From Vicugna vicugna (Eukaryota): a DNA stretch of 64,000 nucleotides. Below are positions 1 through 11,290 of this stretch, piece after piece. Positions within the stretch are counted from its first letter, which is position 1. Each line of letters begins with the position of its first letter. The position numbers and the translations under genes are program-made. The notes under the pieces were generated by a model. It worked only from the letters and a program-made list of their open reading frames with translations, was not told where the DNA came from and searched no databases. The DNA lies in contig MU057416.1 in assembly GCA_013265495.1 (NCBI GenBank), positions 1,172,545 through 1,236,544 of the forward strand, written 5' to 3'.

Positions 1-356
1 AGGAAACTAAAATGTAGGGCGTTGCTGGGGAAATTGTCCAAATCATAAAGCCAGCGTAGGTGACCATCAAGTCAGCACTGACGACAGACAATGGCAGTGA
101 GCCTCTGTCTCCAAAAGTCACCTGGCCTTTTAGATGAACGCTGGCGAGTTGGCAGCCTGCTGGTAACCCGTGTGCCCTTCCAGCCCTGGCTCAGTGCACA
201 TCCCGGCTACACAAGCCGGACTGTTTGGGTTCCACTGAGGATGGTCCGAGGCTCCCGTAGCTTCCACAAGCAAACCCTGCTGGATCGCCTACTGTGGGGC
301 AGACACATCTAACGGGGTCCCCCTTTCCTAGCAGGCCGCTGATTGTGCGCACTTAG

Positions 357-776
<420 letters not shown>

Positions 777-3700
777 TGAAAGGGAGATTGGCTGCCGACA
801 ATTTAGAAAAGCGGACCTGGTGTGCTCTGTTCCCACTCTGATGATTAGGTTAAACTTGTAAAAGCCGGCGTCATCGCGAGCCATCCGCCGCTGTCGCGAG
901 CCGTCCGCCACTGCCAGGCTGCTGGGCTGAAAGGTGGCCTTGGAGGGGTCACAACAATTGCCAAATCAAAATTAAGGATTAGGGTCTTGGGGTTTTTTCC
1001 CTCAAGCTTCTGCTTTTAATCTACCACACTTGTTTGTCAGCTATTTTTTAAAACCTTATAAACTGTGAAATCCTTGCTCTTCTGGAATTACACTGATGGA
1101 AGAGACTGATGCAGTATCACATACAGCCTAAATATCTGGCGTAAGCCGAGCGAGCAGGAACAGGGGTGTCTGCTGTCGAGCGCAGGTCATTATTCGAAAG
1201 GAAGTAGGCAGAGGAAATTACTGTTCGGCCCCTCTCCTTTCTGAACAGTATCTGTTGGGTCAGCAAATATTTCTGGAACGTCGTGCGAGGTGCCAGTCAC
1301 GATTCCGGAGCTTTGGCCGCTTATTAGTGACCAGAACAGAAAAAGATTCCAGCCCTCACGGAGTTTAACACCGTAGCACAGAGAAGCTGACAGTAATCAA
1401 TAGTCCTAATAAATGTTAGAGGTCAAAGTGCTGTTAAATTAAAAAAAAAAAAGGAACCACCGTGTAAGGGGGAATTAACGTACATCCCTGCCTGTGTTAC
1501 TGCGCGACCCCTGGCTTGCAGTGACAAGTTGTGGGGGTGGTTTACTGAGACGGCGACATCCGAGCCAGGATTTGGGGGAAGCGACACTTGGCCTTCTGGA
1601 CGCCTCGGGGAAGAGAAATCTACCGAACGGACCTGACTCCAGCCGAGTCTGGCGTGTCCCCCCCATTTCTTAGCCTCCGTTTTGTAACTGGTGTGCTGTC
1701 AGAACGGGTGTGCGGAGCGCAGGGGCCCCCCGGCCCTCGGGCAGCCCGGGCATGTCCGCAGAGCCTCGGCGTCCCAGGACTCGCTCCAGCCGGAAATGCT
1801 ATGTGCTGTGAAACCCCAGCAGTGCGCACCTGGACATGAAGGGCGGTCTCCGCATCGCTTGCTGTAACATCCATAGAGCACATTTTCCCCATCGGAGGGA
1901 AGGCGAGCGCCGCTTCCGAGTTTCTGCAGACCGGATCGGTCTGCGTCTCCATCGCTGTCTGGTCCCCGCTTCCGGTCCCGCGCCGCGGAAGGACTTCCTA
2001 GAGGAGGAAATGAAGCCCCAGTCAGTGTGATGCCCCGATGTTTTGAATTTTTGTTGAGCATTTTCATCCCGTGACCCAGGTCTTTGGAAGGCGTGCACCC
2101 ATTTCCAGACGGTCATCACCGAGTGTGTCTGCCAGCCCCCTCCCGCCCGAGCCCGACTAGGAGCTGCATTAGAGGAACGAGACTCAGCCCACAAATTAAT
2201 TTGATTTCATCCTTCTGAGTTTCAGGAATCAAATGCGTTGTGCTGCCCTTTCCTCAGAGCACTTCCCTCCCTGCTCTTTAGAAACACTCCTGATTCCACA
2301 TTGCATTTTGCCTTAAGTGCTGCCCCTGGGTAAAGGTAATTACCATTTAAAAAGTAGAGAAAGTGCATTTCTCATCTCTGATTTTCCAAGCCAAGAGCCA
2401 CCAAGGAGTAGGTGGCACTTTATAGTCTTTAGTATCAATTATCGCTGCTTTGGCTTCGCTGTGGAGGTCCTTACTTAACCCTAAAGTTGGCCGTTCTGTT
2501 TTAATTATGTCGTTTAACCTGGCTGCGCTGAGCGAACCTTAAACAACCTTGTTAAGCGAGAAGGAAATCATGATTATCAGGAATGTGAAGCATTGCGAAG
2601 TCAATTCTGTATACTTAGCATCTTGTAATTATGACAAGAATTCGTTCCTAACTAGTATTTTTAAAATAGACGCACACAAAACACACACACAAAGTAGCAA
2701 TAGAGGACTCTGAAGTGCCATCACTTGTAGTGTTTGCGTACTGGAGCCAATTAACAGCCACCGGAACATCATCCTAAGGGAAAGGTCTGCTGGCAACTTA
2801 TTCATTATCTTCTACTGCGTCTCACAGTAAAAAGACAGGCACCTTACAACATGCAAGTCGTCAAAAATTTCAGCTATTAGATCTGAAAGCAATTTAGCTA
2901 AACCTGTTTCTAAAACGCCATGACGACTGGAATTTATCCAAAGGGGACATAAGCTTGTAGTATTTCTCCAATATCTCCCTTGAATTTAATGGTACAAAGA
3001 TTACATGTAAGAGAGCAATAAATTAATTTTACTAAGTACATAAAAGACAAGGCCAGCTCCTCCTGAAATGAGCACCAACTCTGCCCTCCACAATGGAGAA
3101 ATATAATTATGTTTGTAATAAAATGTAAGGAAGTCGCCGATCTTTGTGCTGTTTCAGGAATAAATCACTGCTCCCCCTTCAGAGCCTTGCGATTTGATAA
3201 ATTATCCTTGAAGGAAATGTTATCAGAGCCCCTGTTTAATAAGCACGTTTGAACTTCCAAATTAGCATGTAAATAAATGAATGGCTCTCAGGCTGTTGAT
3301 ATGTGATCGGATTCCTCCAGCCCACCTCATGGAAGGCTTCTCGGCGACACAGAGTCCCGTGAACAGCTTCAGCCCGTTCCGTCGGAGCGTATGAGATGTC
3401 TACATGTGCCGTTCTAGTAGGTGAACTTACTACCTACCTGTTCGAACTATACACATAGCAAGTTTTAATTAATGCAGCTTTTTAAAAAAAAATGACTTGT
3501 TCAGATTCCTCTTGGTCACCAGGTACTACATTTCCCACAATGAAGTCTTGGTGCTGGAATTCCCTGCGTACCTGTTGGAGCCCCACACCTGTCAGAGACG
3601 AATTAACTACGTCTGAATAATTAAAAAATGAATGAATACGAATATGTGGAACACACCTTCCCGGCTTAGGGCTTCACTCATGAGTCTTTTTTTAATGTGC

Positions 3701-5663
3701 TATGTACAGACCGGGCTACAGCGACAGCTCTTTGAGCCGTGGACTCCGAGCTGCAGTTGGCAGCGTTGTCCCGACGCCGCGCCTCTGGGCAGCGATGGCG
3801 CTGCGGTGGGCGGAGCCTTGCTGAGAGCAGGAGTGGGGGCGGCCCCGGGCCGGAGCCCTGGCGGAAATTCCCAAGGCCCTGCCTTGGCAGTGGCCGTCCC
3901 GGCGCGCATCTCCTCTCCGGGTCCCAGGTGCGCCCTGCCTCTAGCCCTTGCTGTCATTCCTTCGTCCATCCCATTTGTCCCTGTAGACCGTGTACCGTCT
4001 CTGAGGGATCTAGAGCTCAGGCACCCCTTTTAAGCCAGAAGAACTTCCTTGGGGTGGAAAGTTCTCCCCCGAGGGGACTGGTGAGGTGGCACGGTTGAGA
4101 CGTCCCTGGGCATGCAGTCAGCGGCTTGTCGCGCGCCCTGTGGCATCCACCTGCTTGTCCTCTCTGCTTCCGGCTCGGGGTTCAGGTGGCCTGTGCCCTG
4201 GCCCTTCCTTTCACACAGTCTGAAATGGGACCCACAGCAGCGCCTGAGCCCCTGATGTTTGGATTTAGTGGGCAGATGTCAGCACGCGGACCGAGCAAGT
4301 GGGACAGGGCAGTGCTGGTGCCCGAGCGTCCCTAGAAGACACGCCGACGGTGCCTTTTTCATGTGTAGTTGACGCTACAGAACCTGATTGACGCCTTGGG
4401 GGGCCGTCTTTCCACTGACTCTTAATTTTTCTCACTTTTGAAAAGGTTTCTGTACACCCAGTATTCTCTAGTTAAAGCTGAAAATTAAACTCATCATATT
4501 TACACAATAAAAAAAAAAATCCATTCTGCCTTGTTTTTAATTGCAAATTCGGCTCCAGGGACCGGTTCTCATGCTTAGGAAGCAGCTCTGTGACTTCGCC
4601 TAGAGAAGCAAGCGCAGTCAATTATGGTAATGAAATGTCAATAAATATAAAAATTTAATACAGTCTGCTCCGGGTGAGTGGCAGATGAGAACTTGCCTCC
4701 CAGACAAATTTGCTGCTGCTGCAGATATTAAATGCACCTAAAAGAGTATCTGGTTGCCTGAGAGCTCGCCGGTCCAAAAAGGATGGGAGTGTCAGGTGCC
4801 AGCTGGGCCTCCCATTAGGCTGTAGCCGCAGCAGCAGAGCTAGTGCTGCCACCCCGCACCTTCACTTCTTAGTATAGATGGAAATGCCCATGTCCCGTGC
4901 ATAATCTGAGACTGGCGCATCGTACCACCTGTTTTTCCAAAGAAGAAGAAAATAAGCCTTTTTAGTTTTGTTTTCCAAATCAAGAAATTATTCTTCTCAT
5001 CAGTAAAATCATTGCTGTCTTGCGAGAGCAACGTGTTAATACCCGTGTGAAGGCCGTCAGTGCTGCTAGCTTCGTAGCAAGCGGCAAACCGAAGGGTGAT
5101 CTCCGTGCGACTCTTTCAGCGTCCACAAGCACGTGGTCTTAAATGATGATGACTTTAAAATGTCGCCTCTCAATAAAATAAAAATAGAAACCTACCTCTG
5201 CCTTCTCTTGCCTCATTAATTAACACCGTGCGCATGTAGGATGCTGTCTCGGGTTCACTTTTTATGGACAATGTATTTTTCTCTGAACTAATTCACGAGT
5301 TAACAATTTTCATCTTATGTGATAATGTCACCTCCCAGTAGGAAGAAAGATAAAGATGTCCGCACTTATAACTCAGAGCTGCTTCCTCCAAAGCATATCA
5401 AAATGCTTAGACTGATCAGAATAATTATGATATTATCAACATACGGCTGGTAATGACAGACTGTGTCTCAAACTGTTTTCATGGGGAAAGTCCCCCGTGC
5501 TATAAATCTACATTGCAGCCTGATTTTACCCACAGCTCTTCAGAGTCGCACGTGAAATAGACGTATGTATGTACATGTATGTAAACTCTGAGTCGTAACA
5601 CCAAAGTGTGCACTGCGCAGGCCCCAAGCCTGAGAGCCACTAAGCAGGGACTCTGTGTTGCAG

Positions 5664-5811
5664 GTGGACTATTCTGTCATCGCCTCGCAAGCGGGGGCCA
5701 CACTCAACAACCTCATGAGTCACGCGCAGGAGCTGGTGGCCAAGCTTCGTTCTCTGCAGTTTGATCAACGAGAGTTTGTGTGTCTGAAATTCTTGGTGCT
5801 GTTTAGTTTAG
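5664..5811 (+). CDS. NR5A2: NR5A2 penultimate coding exon (LBD)
   Basis: TTGCAG acceptor ending 5663 and donor GTAAGC at 5812. 148 nt encoding [49 protein letters not shown] plus one G; in frame with the previous exon. Confidence 0.98.
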
Positions 5812-5871
5812 GTAAGCACTCCATTCCTCATAAAGCTGACTAAATGATACTGAACTGTATTTTCTCTCTTT

Positions 5872-5978
5872 TTAGTTCTTTTATTTATTTATTTTTATTG
5901 AAGTAGAGTTGATTTACAATGATGTGTTAGTTTCTGGTGTACAGCAAAGCGATTCAGTTATACAGATACATTTATATA

Positions 5979-6027
<49 letters not shown>

Positions 6028-6172
6028 TCTTTTCCAGGTTCTTTTCCTTTATAAGTTATTACAAGACGTTAAGTACAGTTCCCTGTGCTCTACGGTAGGA
6101 CCTCGTTGTTTATCTGTTTTACGTAGAGGGGTGTGTATCTGCTAGTCCCAAACTCCTAATGTATCCCTGCCG
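5872..6172 (-). mobile_element. L1 3' end (artiodactyl/camelid type), antisense in intron, with internal (TG)n(TA)n
   Basis: T-rich tail then attgaagtagagttgatttacaatgatgtgttagtttctggtgtacagcaaagcgattcag and agttccctgtgct; reverse complement of the L1 ends at 48.1, 50.0, 57.2 and 60.7 kb. Confidence 0.88.
5973..6027. repeat. Compound microsatellite (TA)(TG)n(TA)n
   Basis: Directly visible, inside the L1 3' end 160 bp downstream of the exon. Confidence 0.95.
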
Positions 6173-7917
6173 CAACCTGGTATATCTTCGTGCGCGTGCC
6201 CCACAGGAGGCACGCCCTGTGGTGGGTCGGTCGGGGTGTGGGGACGGAGTTACTAGACTGGAGTCTGGAGTTTTCTTCCCGGATGGACGTAACAAATGGG
6301 CAGCCCTGGGAGAAACTGATGGAGGCTGCATGGCGCTGCTTAGGGACAACGCGTGACGTCTCACTGGCCACCCTCCTGCTGCTGCTCGTTTCTCTAGTGT
6401 CTTCTGTTTCAGCTGCGAGCTACTGCTGGTTTTGTTCTTGTAAAATATGGACAGTAATTAAAAACCTGTTTCTTAACTCCCTATCAGGGTGGACTAGAGA
6501 GCGTTTGTAACCAGATGCACCGCTCTGCGAGTATAAAAGATGGCGGTTGTCAGGGGGAAAGGATGCTTCTTTGGAAAGCTTTGGAGAAGAAAGATAACTA
6601 AGCAAGACAGATTAGCTAAATCAAGGTTCCCAGTGAGTCAGCTCAGAAAAAATCACCACTGCTTGGAATAAAAAAAGGATTAAGGAGATGGATTTTTATT
6701 GACTTCAAAGGAACAGATTTTTCTGCCTGTCCCATACTTGATTTCTGTATTTTGTTGGCTTAATAAAGCCAACTTAAATAAACTTTTTGCCAAGTTCATT
6801 TATTACTTATTGGCAGACGGCTGGGGGAGGCAACTTCCCTTGAATGAAAAAAAATGCAGAAATCAGATTTACCAACATATGTTTTTTCTTTAGCCTTCAG
6901 TTATAAGATAGTTGTGAATTCATATCCTAAGAAATAGAACAATAAAACAAACTGCAAAGCAAAACAGATGTGTCCCCGCTCCAAATCTGGTACTTTGGTT
7001 TTAAAATTCCTCTTGACAGCAGCACACAACTGTTGCTAATAAAGGAATAGTTTGAAGCAATAGAACCAGAGTTAATTTTTCACATGTAGTCAACATTTAA
7101 AAGAAAAAGAACATTTTCATATTTTGGAAAATGTGATAAATATAGCAAAAAGAAATGTTACCGAAAATTTAAAAAGACAACAGAATTTCATAGATGTAGT
7201 GTTCAAAGGTTTCCAGTGCCAGGACTGGACCCTGTGTGGTTTCTGTATTAACCACAAGAAATTGGAAAGCTCTGTTCCTCTAAGTCTACGTCTCTAACCC
7301 GAGAGCAATTTTTAAAAAATCAAGAGGAAGATAGCAGAGGCCTGCTTGCTGTAATCTCGCAAATTGCTCTGGTTTATGGCAAGATCTTAGTGTTTTCAAC
7401 TAGTACATTTGATCAGTAATTACATGAAAAATGTGGTAATATATGTGTAAGAAATCTTACAGCATCTTGGTGATAAAATATTTAAAGAGAGTCATCTCAC
7501 TTCAATGGTATTTTAAATTAGTTGAATCACTGCATTACATTTGAAGATGCAGAGATTAACCACGAGCCATGTTTAGTTTTCATCACTTTTATCTTTCCTT
7601 CTTCGTTTTTCAAAGTTATTATGTTCTGTGCCAAATGCTGTGGAAGAGGGGGCATGGGGGAGGGGGGTCGAAGTGCGCTCAGCCTTTGAACCTCATGGAT
7701 TATCTTCCTGAACAGTTGGGCCGTGTCTTTACCAGAACCTCAACCACAGAGAACTGTCTGGTTCACGCAGGCGTTGACTGTTTCAGGAACCTGGGCACCA
7801 GTGAATGTCCCTTAAAACGATGCCTGTTTGTTGTTTAAGGAAGAAAGGAAAGGCTGGCTTTCCAATCAGAGGTAAATCAGGTTTGGCCAAGACTTTATTT
7901 TTCAAAGAAGCAGAAAT

Positions 7918-8041
7918 GGGAGGATACAGCTCAGTGGTAGGGTGCATGCCTAGCAGGCACCAGGTCCTGGGTTCAGTCCCCAGTACCTCCACTAAAATGA
8001 ATAGAACAAACCTACTTACGTCCCTCCCCCCACATAAAAAA
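7918..8041 (+). mobile_element. tRNA-derived SINE, camelid vic-1-like, full length
   Basis: A-box-like AGCTCAGTGG, B-box-like GGTTCAGTCCC, tail AAACCTACTTAC..CCCCC, A-tail. Perfect TSD AAGCAGAAAT at 7908-7917 and 8042-8051. Confidence 0.9.
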
Positions 8042-8229
8042 AAGCAGAAATAAGGTAACTGGTAATAAAGTTCAAGTAGTTTCCAGTTTATGAACGAAAA
8101 CTTTTCTCCCCACTAGAAACAACAAATAATCAATCTTGGGGGCTGGGGGCAAATTCGTCCCAGACTCTCGTGAGTCCCATGGCCCCCAGTCCTGCGTGTT
8201 CTGATCCCGGCCCAGCCTTGAGCCGCTCT

Positions 8230-8720
8230 GGTCCTGGAGGAAGATGCGGCTTCTGGGGACCGATCAGAGGCCAGGGTCTGTGCTGCGAGGGGGCTGCGTT
8301 CTCCCGGGGGAGATGAGGCGGCGCTTCCCAGGTGGGTGCGGGGAGACCGGGGGCGAGGCCCCGCGGCGCGGCTGGTGCCCGGGCAGCAAGGAGCAGGCCC
8401 GGGCGGCGCAGGAGGAGCCGGAAGGGCTCGGAGGTCAGTCTCGGGCCCAGGGTTAGGGGGCCGCGGGTGCGGGAAGCCGGAGAGCCTGGGCCTGGAAGGA
8501 GGCCGTGCAGACCTCGGCAGGGGCCTCCTGAGCGCTGACTGCGCAGGCGCCGGGGCAGGGCGGCCGGCGGCAGTCGGTGTGCGGCCCTCATTCTGCAGAA
8601 TCCGGGAGGTAAAAGGGGTGAGCTGCCTGACCCAAGCTGGCTCGCCTTCCTGGGAGCGCCGCGGAAAGCGGCCTGCTCGCTGGCGGGGGGGGGGGGGGGC
8701 CACAGCGCTGCCTCCACTAG
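8230..8720. promoter_or_regulatory. Intronic CpG-island-like segment
   Basis: Very GC-rich with dense CpG and a G15 run at 8685-8699; judged by eye. Confidence 0.65.
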
Positions 8721-10109
8721 AAAGAAAGTGGACTGGACCCCCTCGTGGGGACAGGAGCGAGATGGACAGGGTGCAGACCACGGGATGGGCCAGGGTCACG
8801 GGGAGATGAGCCTCGGGGTTCTGGGTCCTTGAACCCAGGTAGAAAATCCTCCAGGAGCAGCTGGTTGGTTGAATCCAATGCCAACAACCCTCTTCTTTCA
8901 AGCCGTCCTTCCCTGTAGCGGCTCCTGAGCCCTCATTTCACAAAAGCTAATGACGGGGCTAAAGTCGACGGCACAGCTGAAAAATTAGCTGATTCACTAA
9001 TCAATGAATCAATTCATTCCTTCATTAAAAGAAAAATTAAAAAATTTTTTAAAAACCCAAAAAAGTGCAGTTGGCCAGAATGTTTGCAGTCTGCTGCCTG
9101 CTTCTTTTCCTCTTCACATTGTATCCATGAGCAGACATCAGCTGGCCAAGCTGGTCGAAACAAAGGGAACAAACGTAAAAACGCCCCAATTCTCAGGGTC
9201 CTCTGTGTGTGAGGTCACACTCCGGAGGCCCAGCCTCTGCTGGCTGTAATGTTTCCTTAAAATCCCATTCAATTCCCTCTTTCTTCTTTTTTTCCCCTGT
9301 AATTTGCATCCATGGAGATCATTCCAAGTTGGCAAAATGGATGACCCAAGAGGGGCCCAAATGCAACTTTTGGGTTATGCGTTGGTTGTACTCCCACCTG
9401 TTAAAACGGACCCAGAGCGACTGATGCGATTTGCCGCCTGTCACCAGCCGGGGCAGAAGTGAAGCCCACAGAGGAAGCGGTGTATGGGGTCGTGGTCCCC
9501 AAGTAATTTCATTGTCGCCCGCATTCCAAAGCAAAGGCCAGTAGAATTCCCATAAACGCTGTCTCCTGAGAACACATGCAGAACTGGGAGGCAACCACTG
9601 GTCTGCTGCTGCTTCCTGAGCAGTGTCATTCTGTGCTCACGCCCATCAGGAACATGACCGCGGCGTTAGTGCTCAGCACACAAGGAACCAGGAAGGGCCA
9701 GCTGAGAGGTTACCGTGGCTGGGGATTTTCTTGGGATCGAGGCTCCAGGCTGGACGCTGCCGGGCTCTTGTCGTGTCCCCAGTGGCAGCAGAAAGCAGAG
9801 GGACCTTGCATCCTGTTTCCTCTGATGGACGCCCTTGACGTGCAAGTCTCTCTCTTCTGTGGTCCAGCCGGTACTTCTGAAAGCACTTTTCATATTCAGC
9901 TGAGTTGAAAGGATTGTCTTTCCCCAGCCTAAAAAGCAGCTAGTACTTATAATGCCTAATCCTAACAACGTAGCGCTAGCATTAACAATGCCTGGGGTAA
10001 GTTTAGGCCAAGCCCACCGATATGGGCAGGAGTTTCTGTCCTGCTCTTCAGATGCTTCTGTGCCGTAGGGTTCACTGCTCTAGTCTTGGTCTCAGTTGGG
10101 GTCAGAAAT

Positions 10110-10200
10110 TGTCCTGTATCTTCCCCTGCATCCGAGGTTTCTGACGCACAGCTTGGTACCCAGTAGGGACTTAGGAAATGTTGCTGATAAAATAGATGCA
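10110..10200 (+). mobile_element. L2 3' end relic
   Basis: gcacagcttggtacccagtagggacttaggaaatgttgctga. Confidence 0.5.
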
Positions 10201-11154
10201 TACATAGGCTGATTTGGTTTTAAATTCAAAGCAAAGCGTCTACCAGAGTGGTTTGTGATTTGTGAAAGGAGGTGATTGACCCCGTCGCTTTCAGCTCAGA
10301 GCCAGATCTGGATCTAACACCCCCAAATTCCAGTCCGTGTTTTCTCTGCTGCAGCACATTGTCCTCTTCAGGGACATGTGAACTCATCAATCCATATTTT
10401 CAGATGCTCCCCACATCCTCAAACACCGTCTACGTAGAGTGATGTCGAGAATGGGGACAGTCATCTGAGGAATATGGACCAAAAAGGAAGCCAGCCTCTC
10501 GAGTGAAAGCAGGGAGCTGCTCCCCACGCGCTTGCAGTTCCCATCGAGCGCGGTGGACAGTCATAAAGCAGTTTGCCTCCCTTGGTTTCTGCTTACAAGC
10601 TGTGTGGCTTGGACGTCTGTGTGAACTCTGGCTTCAGGGCCTCAGTGAGCTTGTGGGGAGCATTTGCCCTGCAGCCTCGGAGCCTCTGCCTCTAGGAATC
10701 CTCCTTCTGGTTTGGGGTTGCCTCTCAGCCTCGTCCTTTTCTCTGGACCACACGTGTCACAATGGGAGAGCTGCGCTGTCACCTGCTTCATTACTTGTGT
10801 GTCTACTCGGTGTCTTTCTGAGCTCTGTGACATCCAAAGGGGAAGATTAACAAACGTACCTTGATGGTCATCTGCCGTCCCTTTGGTGGTCATTGGCATT
10901 AAAAACGCTGAAATAGAAAGAGAGGACCGAAGGTGTCTGGGAGGTTCCGGGGAGGGAGGTCCCTGGCGGGGAGGGGGCAGCTCAGCGTATTCTGTCCTCA
11001 GCTACAACCTTCTACTTTGCTGAAGCGTTCGCCCCAGCTCTTGCAATGTGATGACATCGTAAACCATAAATAAAACTGCGTCTCTTCTAGCTAGAGAGTG
11101 TGGGTAAGGGCAGACTTTTGGGGAAGGAAATGTATTTCCCGTCATTGGTTTTCT

Positions 11155-11290
11155 TTTTTCTTTTTTCTTTGGGGGGAGGGTAATTAGGGTTACTTATTTA
11201 TGTATTTTTAACGGAGGTGCTGGGGACTGAACCCAGGACCTCGTGCGCACTCAGCACACACTCCACCACTGAGCTAGACCCTCCCCGCCA
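11155..11290 (-). mobile_element. vic-1-like SINE
   Basis: Reverse complement of the same SINE. TSD gtcattggttttct (11141-11154) / gtcactggttttct (11291-11304). Confidence 0.9.

Noticed and set aside
7918..7990. tRNA-like sequence (also at 27268, 37969, 44317 and others)
   Set aside because: These are SINE heads with A-rich tails and TSDs, degenerate, with no intact cloverleaf; not tRNA genes.
8113..8901. 262, 195 and 157 aa ORFs
   Set aside because: Overlapping Pro/Arg/Ala/Gly-rich frames produced by stop-poor GC-rich DNA; no recognisable domain.
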